64,000 bases of DNA from Styela clava (Eukaryota): the NCBI RefSeq assembly GCF_964204865.1, contig NC_135258.1, positions 10,850,001 to 10,914,000 on the forward strand, given 5' to 3'. This document shows positions 23,001 to 35,746 of this stretch, in pieces (position 1 is the stretch's first letter; each line of letters opens with the position of its first letter). The notes beneath the pieces are model-generated. The model worked only from the letters and a program-made list of their open reading frames with translations. It ran no database searches and was not told where the DNA came from. A program made the translations under genes and the position numbers.

Positions 23001-26000
23001 TGATTAGTAAATGAACTACCAAGTAATTTCGACCCACCCATATAAATTATTTAAATTCACGATCACCAACATTCATATATTCTCATCCAGGCCATTCGAT
23101 ACCAAAACTTCACTGGAACAACTCGCAGTGGTCATACTTTAAGGTCAGCAATGATCACTGAACAAGTTGATGTTGAAATGAGAAGACAAATGCAACAAGA
23201 ACAATTAGACAGAGATGACAGACTTTTCACTGCTATTTGGCATTCTAGGTTGGTTGTTACTCTTTCGCCTTACCTCTGTTATCAAAAAGTCAATAATCAA
23301 TGAAGTTAAGATATCCATCGTGTTCATTAGTAATACCAAATGAGTTAATAGTCAAGGAAGAAGTCTAGTTACCTTGGCACCAACACAGCCTATTTTAAGT
23401 TATTTGTGCAACAAGCTAGTAAATTTTCGGTTTTAGAACAGCAACATCATTCTACGTGTTATATGGTTAATCATATTACACCAATTATTTTTGCTATTTC
23501 AAAGACTATTCGAAAAATAACCTTAAACACTTATTACAATCAGTGTACTAAATTTCAAACAAAATTAGTATTTAAAGAGAAGATTATATAAGAGATTACT
23601 ATTAAGAGAAGAGATATATTCCACATAATTACTTATCGATTTCAATCGGTAAGTATGTTGATAGGTATTTGTCTATCTGTTCGTCTGTTAGATGCACGCG
23701 ATATCTCATGAAAGCGAGATTGAATCTGCTCCAGATTTTGCATGTGCATTCATCATATGTCGGACCAGAAGCCTATTGATTTTGGATGAATTATGTCGTA
23801 TAATTAGCGAGTTATTAATTAGTGATGGGACACAAGGTGTCACTATGGAGTAAGAACGCTGTTTTGGGGGATCCCCTAACTTTCGATCGATAAGTCTTCG
23901 GTCTCTGACCGATATTCTCTTTTCGTTCTCATTGTATACAATTTTTTATTTCAAATTTTTTATGCATTATTCTTTTGTCTTAGGTTTGTTAGACAACGAA
24001 AAGCATTCCGACGATGGGTTCGATATATTCATTGGAAAAGAACAAAAACTGTGTTCCCATTAGAAAGTAGTGATGATGACACTGAAACTGAAAGCTCAGA
24101 TATTGTAATGGAACCACCAGATCTCACAGGTAAAATAGTCTGTCCATTTTGATATGAACACTAATTAATTATTGACTTGAACTCACCATCTTTGGCTTGA
24201 AAAATTGCTTCTTTCAACAGTTTTCCATGTCGTAGTGACTTGAACTGGCCTGTAATGCTCCACCATAAATGTATACTGTTTGTCATTTCAGTTGTTCGTA
24301 ACTTTTCTTGGAGAGGAGTCTCTTTTACTTTTGAATGAGTCCACTCGACTCCGATTTGAGTAAATCCAAAAAATTAGTAAAGCGGGTGGTATTGGTGGTA
24401 TATAATGTTTTAGATAGTAACAGATTTTTTTATATTTGAGCTGAATCACAGGAGGGTTCATGTGACTGCTGTACGGTCCGTTACTGCTGTAAAGTTATGC
24501 ACCGGGACTGATTGAAGGGGCTGTGATTTGCCATAATTTCCAAGCCTAAATAACTAACAAAGATTGTTATATCACATCTTTTTTTAACTGAAATAATAGA
24601 ATGTTTTCGAAGTGGCATATTTCGCACAGTATTGAGCAATAGAAAATTACTTTGCTGTACTAAAATTAATTCATTTTTAGAATCATGCCAATCTGAACCG
24701 CTCATTTCTTTGCCGACTAAGGAATCCGATATCAAGGTGCTGTCTTCTTCACATCATATTGATAGTGATGATGAGAATAATTTACTTTTACCTGAAATCT
24801 CTGTAAATTCTGAATCGGATACAAAATCAGATACAACGGACACTGATGTTAGTGATTTTCCAAATATAAAATCTGACTTGCCTTTAATAGAAGAAGATAT
24901 CCAAATGGATGTATCATTATCGAATATGACGGAATTATCTGAAATTACTGAAATATCGCTTACAAACTCGGATGTTATATCTTATTTGCCGCAGACTTTT
25001 TCTTCCAATCAAAGTACATCGCAGGTTATGAAATTACCCAGCGTCGATAATAATGAAGAATTTGCGATGTCCGATGCATCATCATGTCATTTGTCATCTA
25101 ACGAGAGTTTACCTGGAGTAAATGAGACCGCAGATGTTATTGTTGATGTCATGCTAACTGATGATGTCATCAAAGATGATGTCACAAAAGAGGAAGAAAA
25201 TTCTGATGTAACTGAAGTTCCTGTGATTCCTTTGAATATTTTATCGAGACCAAAAAGATCTAATGCGGCTGCAAGGTATTGTGTAGATCGTTTATATACT
25301 ATTATTTTTTGCCGGTTTTTCCATGCATGAGTAAGCTTCAAGTCAATGTGTATATAAAGCAATATTGCTTTGAAAAATGTAAGAATAGTTTAAAAAGATA
25401 ATTGCCACTGTAAAATTCCCTGTTTTGGAATACTCTGCACCTCCCAATTTAATTTTTATAAATTTGCAAAGATTTTTTCAAATTTTTCTGTTTATTTAAT
25501 GTTGATTGCTCAATCAAGAATATATTCGAAAATACCCCTTTAAAATATATTCCCATTAGTAAGATATTCTATTTTGGCCATCTTTGACCTATTGACAAAA
25601 GAAAAGCACCTAAAAATTAAATCATTTTTCCTAATTATTCCCACTCAGTACCTTTGTGAAAAGAAATCGCATTTTTTTTTCCAGATACAAGGAAATTTTT
25701 GGCAGTTTAAATAGAACTTCAACAGTAAAAAGAGAAAGAAATATACCCTCGCAACCAAAGTTCGGTGAAGAAGGTTCTCCTGAACAAAGAAAAATGAGTC
25801 TCAGACCAAGACCGTCCGGTCGGCGCAGCGATCGAATAAAGAAAATTAACAAAAAGAAAGAGAGAGCATCAACGACATCTAAAAAGAAAGTTGTGCAAAG
25901 AAAACCGCAACAATCTGTAAAATTAATAAAACAAAGACATCCACCACCAAAACGGAAACGAATCGTTCCAAAGAAAACTAAGTATGCAACTTAGTAACTT

Positions 26001-29000
26001 ATGTGAAAATAAATACCTTCATTATATGGAATAAATATTTTGTGTTATTTTTTGGATTGGATGATGTCTACTCTTTTTAGTCCAAACAATATCATGTAAG
26101 CAGCTGAGCAGACGCGGACCAAACCTGGCTCGACTGATGCTTCCACCACCAACCTAAAACCAAATTTTGACGTTCTATCAGAAAAATAGCTCAAGGAATT
26201 TTTTGAGATTGCGATTAAATTTAGTTTTGGCACGAAGCTTATTGTTTGTAACACTGTGAATATTGTTCATAAAATGTAACTTTTTAAGTCACACTCGCAT
26301 CTGTACATGGCCCATCAGTCTTTGTGGGCAAATTTTTGGCCCCTGGTCTAAAAACCTTGCCCAAAGAGCTAGGCCATTGCAGTTACTACATGGGCATTCT
26401 CCCTGTTCAATTCAGTCTTGCATACAAGTGAGTTGAATTATGTTTCCATGCATTTTTAGCTTTTTCATGTATTTTCCTTTATTCAGGCCTCGACCAACAA
26501 AAAATTCGATTCGATCAATCCAAGATAAACAAAAAAAGAGAAAGAAACAGCAAGCCGCAGCACAAACATCACACCGTACTAGACGTCTAATAAGTGCAAG
26601 CGGATCGAGACAGGAACGAAAAAGACTGGATTCTTACCGACCGCCATCATTATATGATAATATACCTAATAAAGCTGTTACTTCATTGATTCCTGGTGTC
26701 ACAGGTCTACGGAATTTGGGAAACACCTGTTATTTGAATTCAATAATTCAGGTATATATAATTGAGTATTTCGAAGTTACTAACTCGTCAAAATTATATA
26801 AATAATGGCTTATTGAAAGTCAAACCTCGTTAGTGGAATTGTAAATTATAAATCTTGTTTAGAATATGTTAAATTGTCTATTTATTCATACTTAACACAT
26901 TTGCCATTACCCATACCCATTTCTCAATTAAACAACCTTTTTCCCTGTGCAACACATTATTTTGTCGGAATATAAAATAAACTGGCGAGTCAATGCTCGT
27001 TTACATTTTCAAGTGGGTCACAAACCTATTAAAAATTGTTTGGTATTGATAAATCAGTTCAACTTTGATTGTAGTAGCATTGAATGATGATGCTGTTTAT
27101 GCTACTGAGTGGTAAAGCTCATTTTAATTATTAAATGGAAAGTGCCACATAATTTTTTGTGCGACAAAAGTGGGTTACAAAAGAAAAAATTCAGAGAAAC
27201 ACTGGCTTAGAGTAATAACTTTATTTGCTATTCAGGTTTTAGGTCACCTACAGAAATTCAGACTGTGTCTTCTTGCATTGAGGGAACTAGAGTTCCGTGA
27301 AGCATTTTCCCTCGTTTCGAAAGAAATTTCTACTAAAAATATAAGTGATAATTTTGTGTTTTCAACACCGCAAGCAAAACCAGCACGTACAATGAATCGA
27401 AGAACTACTGTTGAACTTTATAACGAACAGAATAAACCAACACCACTGTCTGTGAGAAACTCAGATAGAGCTAGATCAGGTTTGTCAAATTACTCTCAAA
27501 TCATAGTAAATTCACCAGAAATTTTAATAGCAAAATTTCCATTTTTCATTCAATCAATGAACCCAGATTGTAACTGTGTTATATAACAATATTTGCCTTT
27601 TGATTGAATTTTGAGATTATTATACAAGAGGTACATATGGTCCAGTATAAAGGATAAAATTAGGTATAGGAGTATTCTTTATTTAAAAATTGTGTAATGG
27701 GAATCTTAATGGACCAATTTTACCGCAAAAACATGATTTTCCAAACCAAATTTCCCATGTAAATTTGATTAATAAACAAAGCTTCTGTTGTGAAATGACA
27801 AGTTTTAAAGTAACGATAATCTCCAATATCTGAATTTATTGAATCTGCCACTGATACCAAACTATATGTGAGGAGCTACCTTCTTTGGAAGGACTGAATC
27901 TTTGCAATTTGGCATTGCCTAGAAATCTATAACACCATGGATGAGATGGTGAAATGGGATTTGAATCCGAAGTGTGTAACCTGCGAGCCAACACGCTCAC
28001 TTTTTCTGTTCTATACTAATTGTACATATTCTCTGTAATATCCTCACTTCATAAAACTTCATTATTTGACCTGTTTTATTTCTCTGATCAGGTCTTAACG
28101 GAGGTCAGTCATCGAACAGCATTACTGAACCCTTGCCTCCTGTATCGCCACCCTCTCCCAGCAGAATCAACTGTCGCTCGCCATCATCAGTGACAGGATC
28201 TGAGCCTTGGTCATCTTCTCTATCTCTTTGTAATGAACTAGATCACTTGTATCAAGTGATGTGGTCCGGGAAATGGAAACTGGTGTCTCCTTATCACTTC
28301 TTACATTCCGTTTGGAGTTTGATTCCATCATTCAGGGTTCGTATAAAAGCTATTTGAATTGTATAGTAGAGGAATTTTTTTTTTGTTGCATCAATGACTA
28401 ATTCGTCTTTGCTTGCTTGATGATAAAATTGGATTTTATAATTCTGGTCAATTTGGTGATTTTAGTCAGTTTAAATCACGATTTATTGCAAAAAATTCTT
28501 TGCTGACTAAACATAGTTAGGATACATAGCTGTAAGAAGAGTGAACAATAGTTTCTTACATTTGTTTCTTTGGGGTTTTACATGTTTACTATGAATAAGC
28601 TCAACCAGTGTTTAGCCCTGAGTGAAGTCGAATCAAAGGTCATTAGAGTCCGAAGTCGAACTAATCACTGAGTTGAGTGTTACTGGTAGTCTACGAAGAG
28701 TCTGTGTCTTAGATGTCTCAAGTCTTCGAAAATTGTGACTCGAGCCACCCCAACAATGGTAGAAACAACATTTGGAACAGTATGACACATGTATTTTTGT
28801 ACAAATTACGATCATAACTGAGTTTATTTTATACTAAAAGGGTTATACACAACAAGATGCTCAGGAGTTTTTATGTGAGTTGCTCGACAAGATTGTGTCA
28901 GAACTGGAAAGATGTCGAAATACTGAAAATAAATCGGTGCTTAGAATACTGGAGGTAAATTTTTTGAATATGATAATCTAACAAAATTGTCATGTGCATG

Positions 29001-32000
29001 CTTTCAAAATTTACCTTCTGGATTTATGACTCCTGTCCACCAGAAGTTGATAACACCAGGTATATTTAAAACAATTCTGTGGAGTCAAAGATAGTTTACA
29101 CTCGGCTTAAAATCTTGACATTCAAAAAGCGACTCCGACTCTAGGCTTGCAAACTTGGATTAAGACTCCCTGACCCTAACTAACAAAATTTTGAAGAAAA
29201 AATAATTTGGTGTATGCATACCTTGTTTAATTGCCTGTTGAGAATGTTTAGTCAACTTATGGCTTTCTGAGATTCTGTCAGAAATTGTTACTTCTTTTTA
29301 GTATCATTATAATGCTATAATCCCTATGATAATAATTCAAAATTTTGACTAGAAATATGTTTATATTCGAATCAATTTTAAATTATAATATTCCTTGTCT
29401 TATTGAAATTCTCAATAGCTATTTAAATTAGAATAACTTCAATCTAAATATTATCAAATGCCAACCCTAAAAAATAGAATACCGATCAATCTATCGACAA
29501 AATCCTTGACTGCTACATGACCAATGTCTAACATGATTCAATTTAGAATATATTCAACATTCCATATTCGAAAATGTATTCAGAACAGTAGATTATTTGG
29601 TTTTGACTATACTCGTTGACCACTACATTGTATAAATTTATGGTCGCTAAAAATATCCGAATTCCATAAAAATAATTTTATTCATCAACCAACCTAAACC
29701 ATGATTTCTTGTGTCAATAGAAAGTGGTTTCTCATTGATTTATTGATGTTGTTGAAATGTGATTTTTTATGATATCGATGGCTTCAAGAATACCGTAACA
29801 ATATTTGCATATATTTTAAAAATGCATTTGACATTCAGGTTGTTCAAAAGGTTTTTGAAGGTCAATTAAAGAGCAGAGTTCGATGTCTGGAATGTGGACA
29901 TGTTTCATCAACCGTTGAACCATTCTGGGATTTATCGTTAGAATTTCCTGAACGTTATCACAAGATTAATTCAACCAAGTATGTTGTGTTAGATATGATA
30001 GGACAAAGTATTTCGAATTCCGCCATAGTATGAGAAATGGACGATAACACATATTATTTGATATTTCATGATCGAAAAGTTTCAGTTTAAGATTTGGGGC
30101 CAAAATCTTATTTATATAATTGTCTTTTTTAATTTAACTAATGTATTAACCAAATACTCAAAAAAGTTACATCTTGTCATAGCTTTCAGTATTGGCTTGA
30201 AATCTATCATAAGGCCAAATGACAAATAACCTTTGATTCACTCCGCAGACGACGGCCTTCAACAAATTCCAAAGCTCCACCTGTGCCTGTTGACACGTGT
30301 ACATTGCATGAAATGCTCCAGAATTTTACTGCACCGGAAACATTGGAAGGAGGAAGAGTTTATGGATGTTCTAAGTGCAATTTTTTTCAACAACCACCTA
30401 TCATAAATCCGGATGTAGCAGGTAGTCAGAAAATATATCCATTTTTTATGCGAGTTTGTTCAGAGAAATGTTGCAATTTATCATATAAAGCAGGGTTTCT
30501 GGAACTAGGCACTCTCCTGGGGGCATTGGCCTTCACTAGTTACCTTTTGCGATGACTACATCAATTTAAAGTAAATTGTCGGTAATTTGTTCGATTTAAT
30601 GACCTTAATTATTGAACGAGGGAGGAAGTCACAACTAGCGTTGATGTAATTTGATGGGGGCTGTGGATTGTGTATATTTGAGAACCCCCTGATATAAAGC
30701 AATTCCTGGTTTGCCTGATAGAATAGTAACAAACATACATTGCCATGCTAAAAAGTATATTTCTCTGTATAAGTACGATTTACATTTTACCTTCGATATG
30801 AAAGAGTATTCAAATAAGGAACCACCAAGATACAACTTGGCCCTCAAATTGACTTGAAGTTAGTATTGGCCAATTCCTAGACCGGACAGACCGTTTTTTC
30901 ACTTTGTACCCATTCTGTTAACTCTGATTTTATATTTGAATCATGACTTTATTTTCCAGGTTCAACACAAAAGAAAAGACCTCCATTTCGGAAAAATTCT
31001 CAAAAACTCACTGAAGCTGAGAAACAGCTCAAAGTACTGGAATTGCCACAGGTAAGGTATATCACTACTACCATGGGTTATAGAATTTCAACCCACACTC
31101 AAGCAGTTTAAAAATACCGTTCCATCCAAAGCCAAGTGCCTGTTTACTGGTAATGTCTATTCTCCTAGGTTTTGAGGTTTCATTTGAAGAGATTTCGATG
31201 GATAGGACGAAATCACAGAGAAAAAATTGCTGTTCATGTGGATTTTCCGCCTGAACTAGATATGCGACCATACTGTTGGAATAACGGAAATGTGAGTTGT
31301 GGTATTATAGTATTTATTTGCCTAATTTTTTCTGCATCAGAATTTTAAAAAAAAATGGACCACACTTTGGAATTTGGCAATTCTGCTTTACTTGCGCGAT
31401 ACAATCGACTCTTGGAAGTACTGATTTATCTCTGTGTTTATGCATAGTTTACATAGTTGTAATCAGGCTGCTAAAAAGCCCAAAACAAATACGATATTTT
31501 AGGTGATCGTGATCGATTAGATTCATTAATTTAATTTTCAGCATTAAGTTGGCTTAAAAAATTATCAGTTTGAGTAATTATTCTTTATTCAAAAATAGTA
31601 TTTTAGAACATATTCAGAGTTAAGTTTTGAATTTTGGCTATTATATCATGATAATATAAACGTTTTGAATTCCAGGATTGTAATAATGAAGTACAATACA
31701 TGTACGATCTTAGTGCAGTTGTTATGCACCATGGACGCGGATTCGGTTCAGGTCATTACACTGCCAACTGTTGGAATGATATTGGAGGTACTTGTTTTTC
31801 TTGTTTCACAGTAAAGGCAAATGGCGCTCTTTGTATAAGAAAACTTATCAATATATCACATTTCAGAATTGATATACATACAAAGTATGACAATATTTTC
31901 CTTTTTAATTTAATATTTAGACAAGTGGTGATATTATTAACGACACCGTACAGTATTGAACAACATTTCATTCTTGATTGCACATGCGTATAGCAAGGTT

Positions 32001-32239
32001 GACCTCTTGTGCCTATCCTATTTCTCCTTGCACTAATTTATACAATTTTCATTCCAGAATTTTGGGTCCACTGTAACGATTCAAACCTTGAACTACGTTC
32101 GATCGAAGATGTGATGATGTCACAAGCCTATATTTTATTCTACACCCAGCGAGGTCTCGACCCACAACCTCACATTTTAAGCCCACCGCAAACACCAAAG
32201 GTCTCATCACCTACACACACAACACCGCCTCCATCATAG
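20096..32239 (+). CDS. USP44: Ubiquitin carboxyl-terminal hydrolase, USP44/USP49 family, ~17 exons
   Basis: ZnF-UBP (CKHI...[27 protein letters not shown]|[16 protein letters not shown]...[12 protein letters not shown]), Cys box [61 protein letters not shown], His box [25 protein letters not shown]; TAG 32237-32239. Junctions are in phase. The start exon is less certain, and it may be co-orthologous to USP44 and USP49. Confidence 0.9.
21361..21560. mobile_element. hAT/Charlie-type MITE (related to 35465-35746, opposite orientation)
   Basis: CAGTGGTTCTCAA ... TTGAGCACTACTG, with tctaaaa on both flanks. Internal agtctcatgccccacctc matches the reverse complement of ~35682-35699. Confidence 0.7.
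21690..21840 (-). repeat. tRNA-derived SINE copy
   Basis: Minus strand has a Pol III A box TGGCCAAGTGG (21833-21823) and B box GGTTCAAATCC (21784-21774). Body (ttggaaggac...ttgcaatt..cattgccta) is shared with 27860-28000 and 55755-55910. Confidence 0.6.
22562..22796. mobile_element. GG-terminal MITE (family A, long symmetric form)
   Basis: TIRs of about 80 bp containing CCAAGATGGCGGAC and GGTTAGGGTTAGG / CCTAACCCTAACC. Perfect 8-bp TSD caagattt (22554-22561, 22797-22804). Confidence 0.9.
23629..23922 (+). mobile_element. Helentron-associated non-autonomous element (HINE/DINE-1-like)
   Basis: 5' subTIR ACTTATCGAT (23631-23640) with adjacent partial IR atcggtaagt, then a short (GTCY)n-like tract. 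3' subTIR ATCGATAAGT (23886-23895) followed by hairpin TCGGTC-tct-GACCGA (23898-23912). T-rich boundaries, no TSD. Confidence 0.7.
26290..26345. repeat. hAT-MITE end fragment, second copy at ~57410-57460
   Basis: acatggcccatcagtctttgtgggcaaatttttggcccctg versus acatggtccgccagtctagatgggcaaaattttcggcccctg. Confidence 0.5.
27860..28000 (-). repeat. tRNA-derived SINE copy (same family as 21690-21840)
   Basis: ttggaaggac...ttgcaatttggcattgccta...ggatttgaatcc is shared with the 21.7-kb copy. Confidence 0.55.
29080..29176. repeat. GAGTC/GACTC-motif repeat family fragment
   Basis: Clusters of gagtc / gactccgactc motifs recur at ~24340, 28610-28745, 29080-29175, 48430-48510, 55100-55190 and 63035. 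Ends are not resolved. Confidence 0.3.
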
Positions 32240-33689
32240 ATCTGTTTGTTACTTTTTCAGTCTAGTTTTTATTAAAGTAGTGAAATATGAATAATCAACC
32301 ACTGAAACAAGCGAGATTTTGAAATACTAAGTTACTCCTCGGGGGTTACATGAAATAAGAAACTAATCTGCCATTTTAGGCAATCACTTCAAAAGTGCAT
32401 TCATCACCATGGATAGGCTTTATTAAAATAAGATACTCTTATCTCAAAAGCTTCAAATATGTGATACAGTCTTTCTTGTAGTTACCTATTTATTAAACAT
32501 GATACTTTTATTTTAGACTTAATTTAGATAACGCTAAGTTCTTTTTCGACAAATCTCCGATGAAACAAGTTCTTTGTCTTCTCACTATATATCATTGACG
32601 TTAAAAGAAATTGGTCATTTGTCCAACTGTTGCGGCATAAAGTGTTTCTTTCTCATCGATTATTTTTGGTTGTTTAATATCAGGGATTTACTTGGACGAA
32701 TTCCTAATCAAGGACCTTTTTTTTTCCTTCTGTTGCCTTGCAGATCTAAAATCTTTGATCATTAGAAATTATTACAGATCCAAGTCCAACCATATACTGT
32801 TCTATACAAAAGTGCTATAGACATGGAGTGCTTGTAACATGTACTATAAGCTTTGTTTTTCATGTTTGTTTGGGTTTTGCAGCCATTAAAATTCATTGAT
32901 CCATCAATCTGCCAATGTTTATCTCTTTTTTTTCAGCTACCTTGCTTTTTTCATTTTGGGACCAAAACCAGCCATAAAATGAAATTTTGCTTGATTTTGA
33001 AATTCCTTTTTTTTTAAAATAAAACTCTTTGCTCAAAACTGGTTACCATTATTATTATAAGTTTGAAGCGACAAAGCAGTTCAACAGGTAATTGAGGTAT
33101 TTTTTTCATGACACCGTGCTATGGCTGTATGGGGAGATTGGAGAACTTTCACTCTAGTCTTAGGAATGAACGCATGAGGCTGATAATGGAAATTTGGATT
33201 TGGAAAAAAACCTTGTTTGAAATTTTTGAAAAGTAATAGGCTGAATTGGTTTTGAAGATAAATTTTGTGAAAGGGAGACTTGATATTCGCCTTTTTACTG
33301 CATGTATTCGTGATATGTGCCAAATTAAGGAGGCCAAAAAGATTTGTTTTCAAGTCTGGGTATGAAGCAGGAGTTGCACAATTAAAATTGAACCCAAAAT
33401 GTTTTCCTCCAATCTCCCATTCACCCTGTCGCCTTCGTATTAGACTGCAAAAGACTATGTACTTGGTCTGCGGATAATTGTATCACAATAGCTCGTATTT
33501 TTGATTGAGAGCATTGAAAAAAAAATTTCGCTTTGAATTGCTTCCAGTTTTTTGGTTTCAAACACTGCTGCCGAAAACAGCGTTATTTCTATTTAATGTA
33601 ATAGTCGCTGTAATCTATGAACTAGCCTCTGGCAGATCAAACCTTAACTTTGCCAACAACGCACGAAGTCCTTAAGATATAGTTACAAC

Positions 33690-33861
33690 CAGTGGCGGGA
33701 TTCAAATTTTTCGTCGGCCTGTTTCTTCACAAAAGACATATATATTTCAGCCGGTTCTGTTACCGGCAGAACACTGACAGTAACCAGTAATTCTAACCGG
33801 TTCGCTGATCCCATAAAATTACTTGAGACGGTTCTATAGAACCGGTTGAATCCCACTACTG
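33690..33861. mobile_element. hAT MITE (172 bp)
   Basis: TIRs CAGTGGCGGGATTCAA / TTGAATCCCACTACTG (14/16). Flanks gttacaac / gttacaca. Internal (A)CCGGTT(C) repeats. Confidence 0.75.
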
Positions 33862-35464
33862 GTTACACACTGTCCTACTGACACATGATATAAATAGGTG
33901 ATAAACTTCCATTACATATGTTGTTCTTGGAATACAATAATGAAAATATAAAAACCCCACAAGATGCAGCTACATTGAAGATCAGGTAGCATCCTATCCT
34001 TTCCCTGCAAAGTATTAACACTATACTTTTGAAAGTCAAACTACTCTGGCATGGTGGTGGTAAGACATCAATTCATTATGGTTTTGAACGCTACCAATAA
34101 ATTTAGGTCAGCCCCATCCAACTGGCATTAGAAGTGTGGCTTTTCGCCAATATTGCTAAAAGTCAAGAAGATCAACCTAGTAACCGATGTACTAACATTA
34201 TCTCAAGGGGTGACTATAGATCGCTTGCGGGCATTGGCAACAAATTATTAGATGGCATGATCTACCTCTGTCAAATAGTTTTTATTCTTGGTGTATTTAA
34301 ACATAAACGCTTGAATTCAGAAAAACATTGTATCGTACTTAAGCAAAAATAACCGCTTCCACAATGATGGTGTTTTTCATAAAAATATGCACAAAAATTA
34401 AAAGAATCTGAATAAAAAACAAAAAGATTGTAATAGTATGAATCAATTTGGCATAGGATGGAACAAATATCATCAAAAAATCGCAACAACATTTAAATGG
34501 ACGGATCACTAAGCAATGAACTTCATCATAGATTTTATATGTTAATCTATTAATAAATAATAACCATTTCCAATACACTGCAGGGCAATGAAATGTTATC
34601 TTAGTAAGAGTAATATTAACACCAGGAGAGGAGTTGGAATAAATACGCTTGTAAAATGCACATAACGGATTTAAAATTTTAAGCTCTTGACTGACATTTT
34701 TTCAAAGCCACAATTTATACTTTACATAAAGTTTGATAAGTGGATATAATAGTTATTGGATTTTCATATTTACTGTGAATGGATAAAAAGACTCACCGTA
34801 ATCATATGGCCAACCAAGATCACCTCTGTCGTTAATTATAACCAATTAGGTTTTTTATATTGGTAAAGTGTATTAGAAAATATCCCCACATCTGTGTGAA
34901 CGAAGTACAATAATAATATTTTGATTGTCATAAACCGATCCCAAGGTAATTCCCAGTACCATAAAATTAGTTGGGAGTATTTTTCGAATATAGAAATCAT
35001 GACAATTACTACTATTTTCATATAAGTGGATGAGATGACAAAAAATACTGCATATTGGATTAATTTATATAACAATAATATTTCAGGAATGTAAAAATGT
35101 AGCAGCTTTGCGATGACCAGTCACTCGAATGCACCAATATCCATTTTAGATACTTAAAAATGGTTAATAGTATTTTCAAAATCATTATCAAATATAGAGT
35201 ATACAATATTAACACAGCAAAAGGTAAAATTCATAGCTTCCGAAAGCTATGGAGTTAAATTTCTTGCCGGAGTCGTTTTTTCAAATTCAATTGAGGTCCC
35301 TGGAGTTGAATAATAACACTTTTCAATATCAAAGTGTTAAAATTTTCCAAATAAAACATGCAAATGGCAATGCTTTCATAGTTAAAATCAGGAATATGCT
35401 CAGGTGTATGTTTATATGATATCTCTAGACCCAGAAGCCAGACTGATCTTTGGACATTCTAAAT

Positions 35465-35746
35465 CAGTGGGTCTCAAAAATGGAGCGCGCCCCACAAGGG
35501 GGGGAAAGACCATTTTTTGATGAGGCAACTAAAACTAAAAAAAAAATTGTTAGATTCGATCTTGTCCACCTTATTTTGGATATTTACATTCCATCCCCTT
35601 ATTTTCAATGTGTTTTTTGAATAAAACATACTTTCGCCTCACTATCTGTTAATTGTACCTTATTGTTAGCTAGTTACTTTGGAGGTGGGGCACGAGACTT
35701 GACAATTCTAAAATGGGGCATGGCTTACAATGTTTGAGAACCACTG
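35465..35746. mobile_element. hAT/Charlie-type MITE
   Basis: CAGTGGGTCTCAAA ... TTTGAGAACCACTG. Perfect TSD ttctaaat (35457-35464, 35747-35754). Confidence 0.85.
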
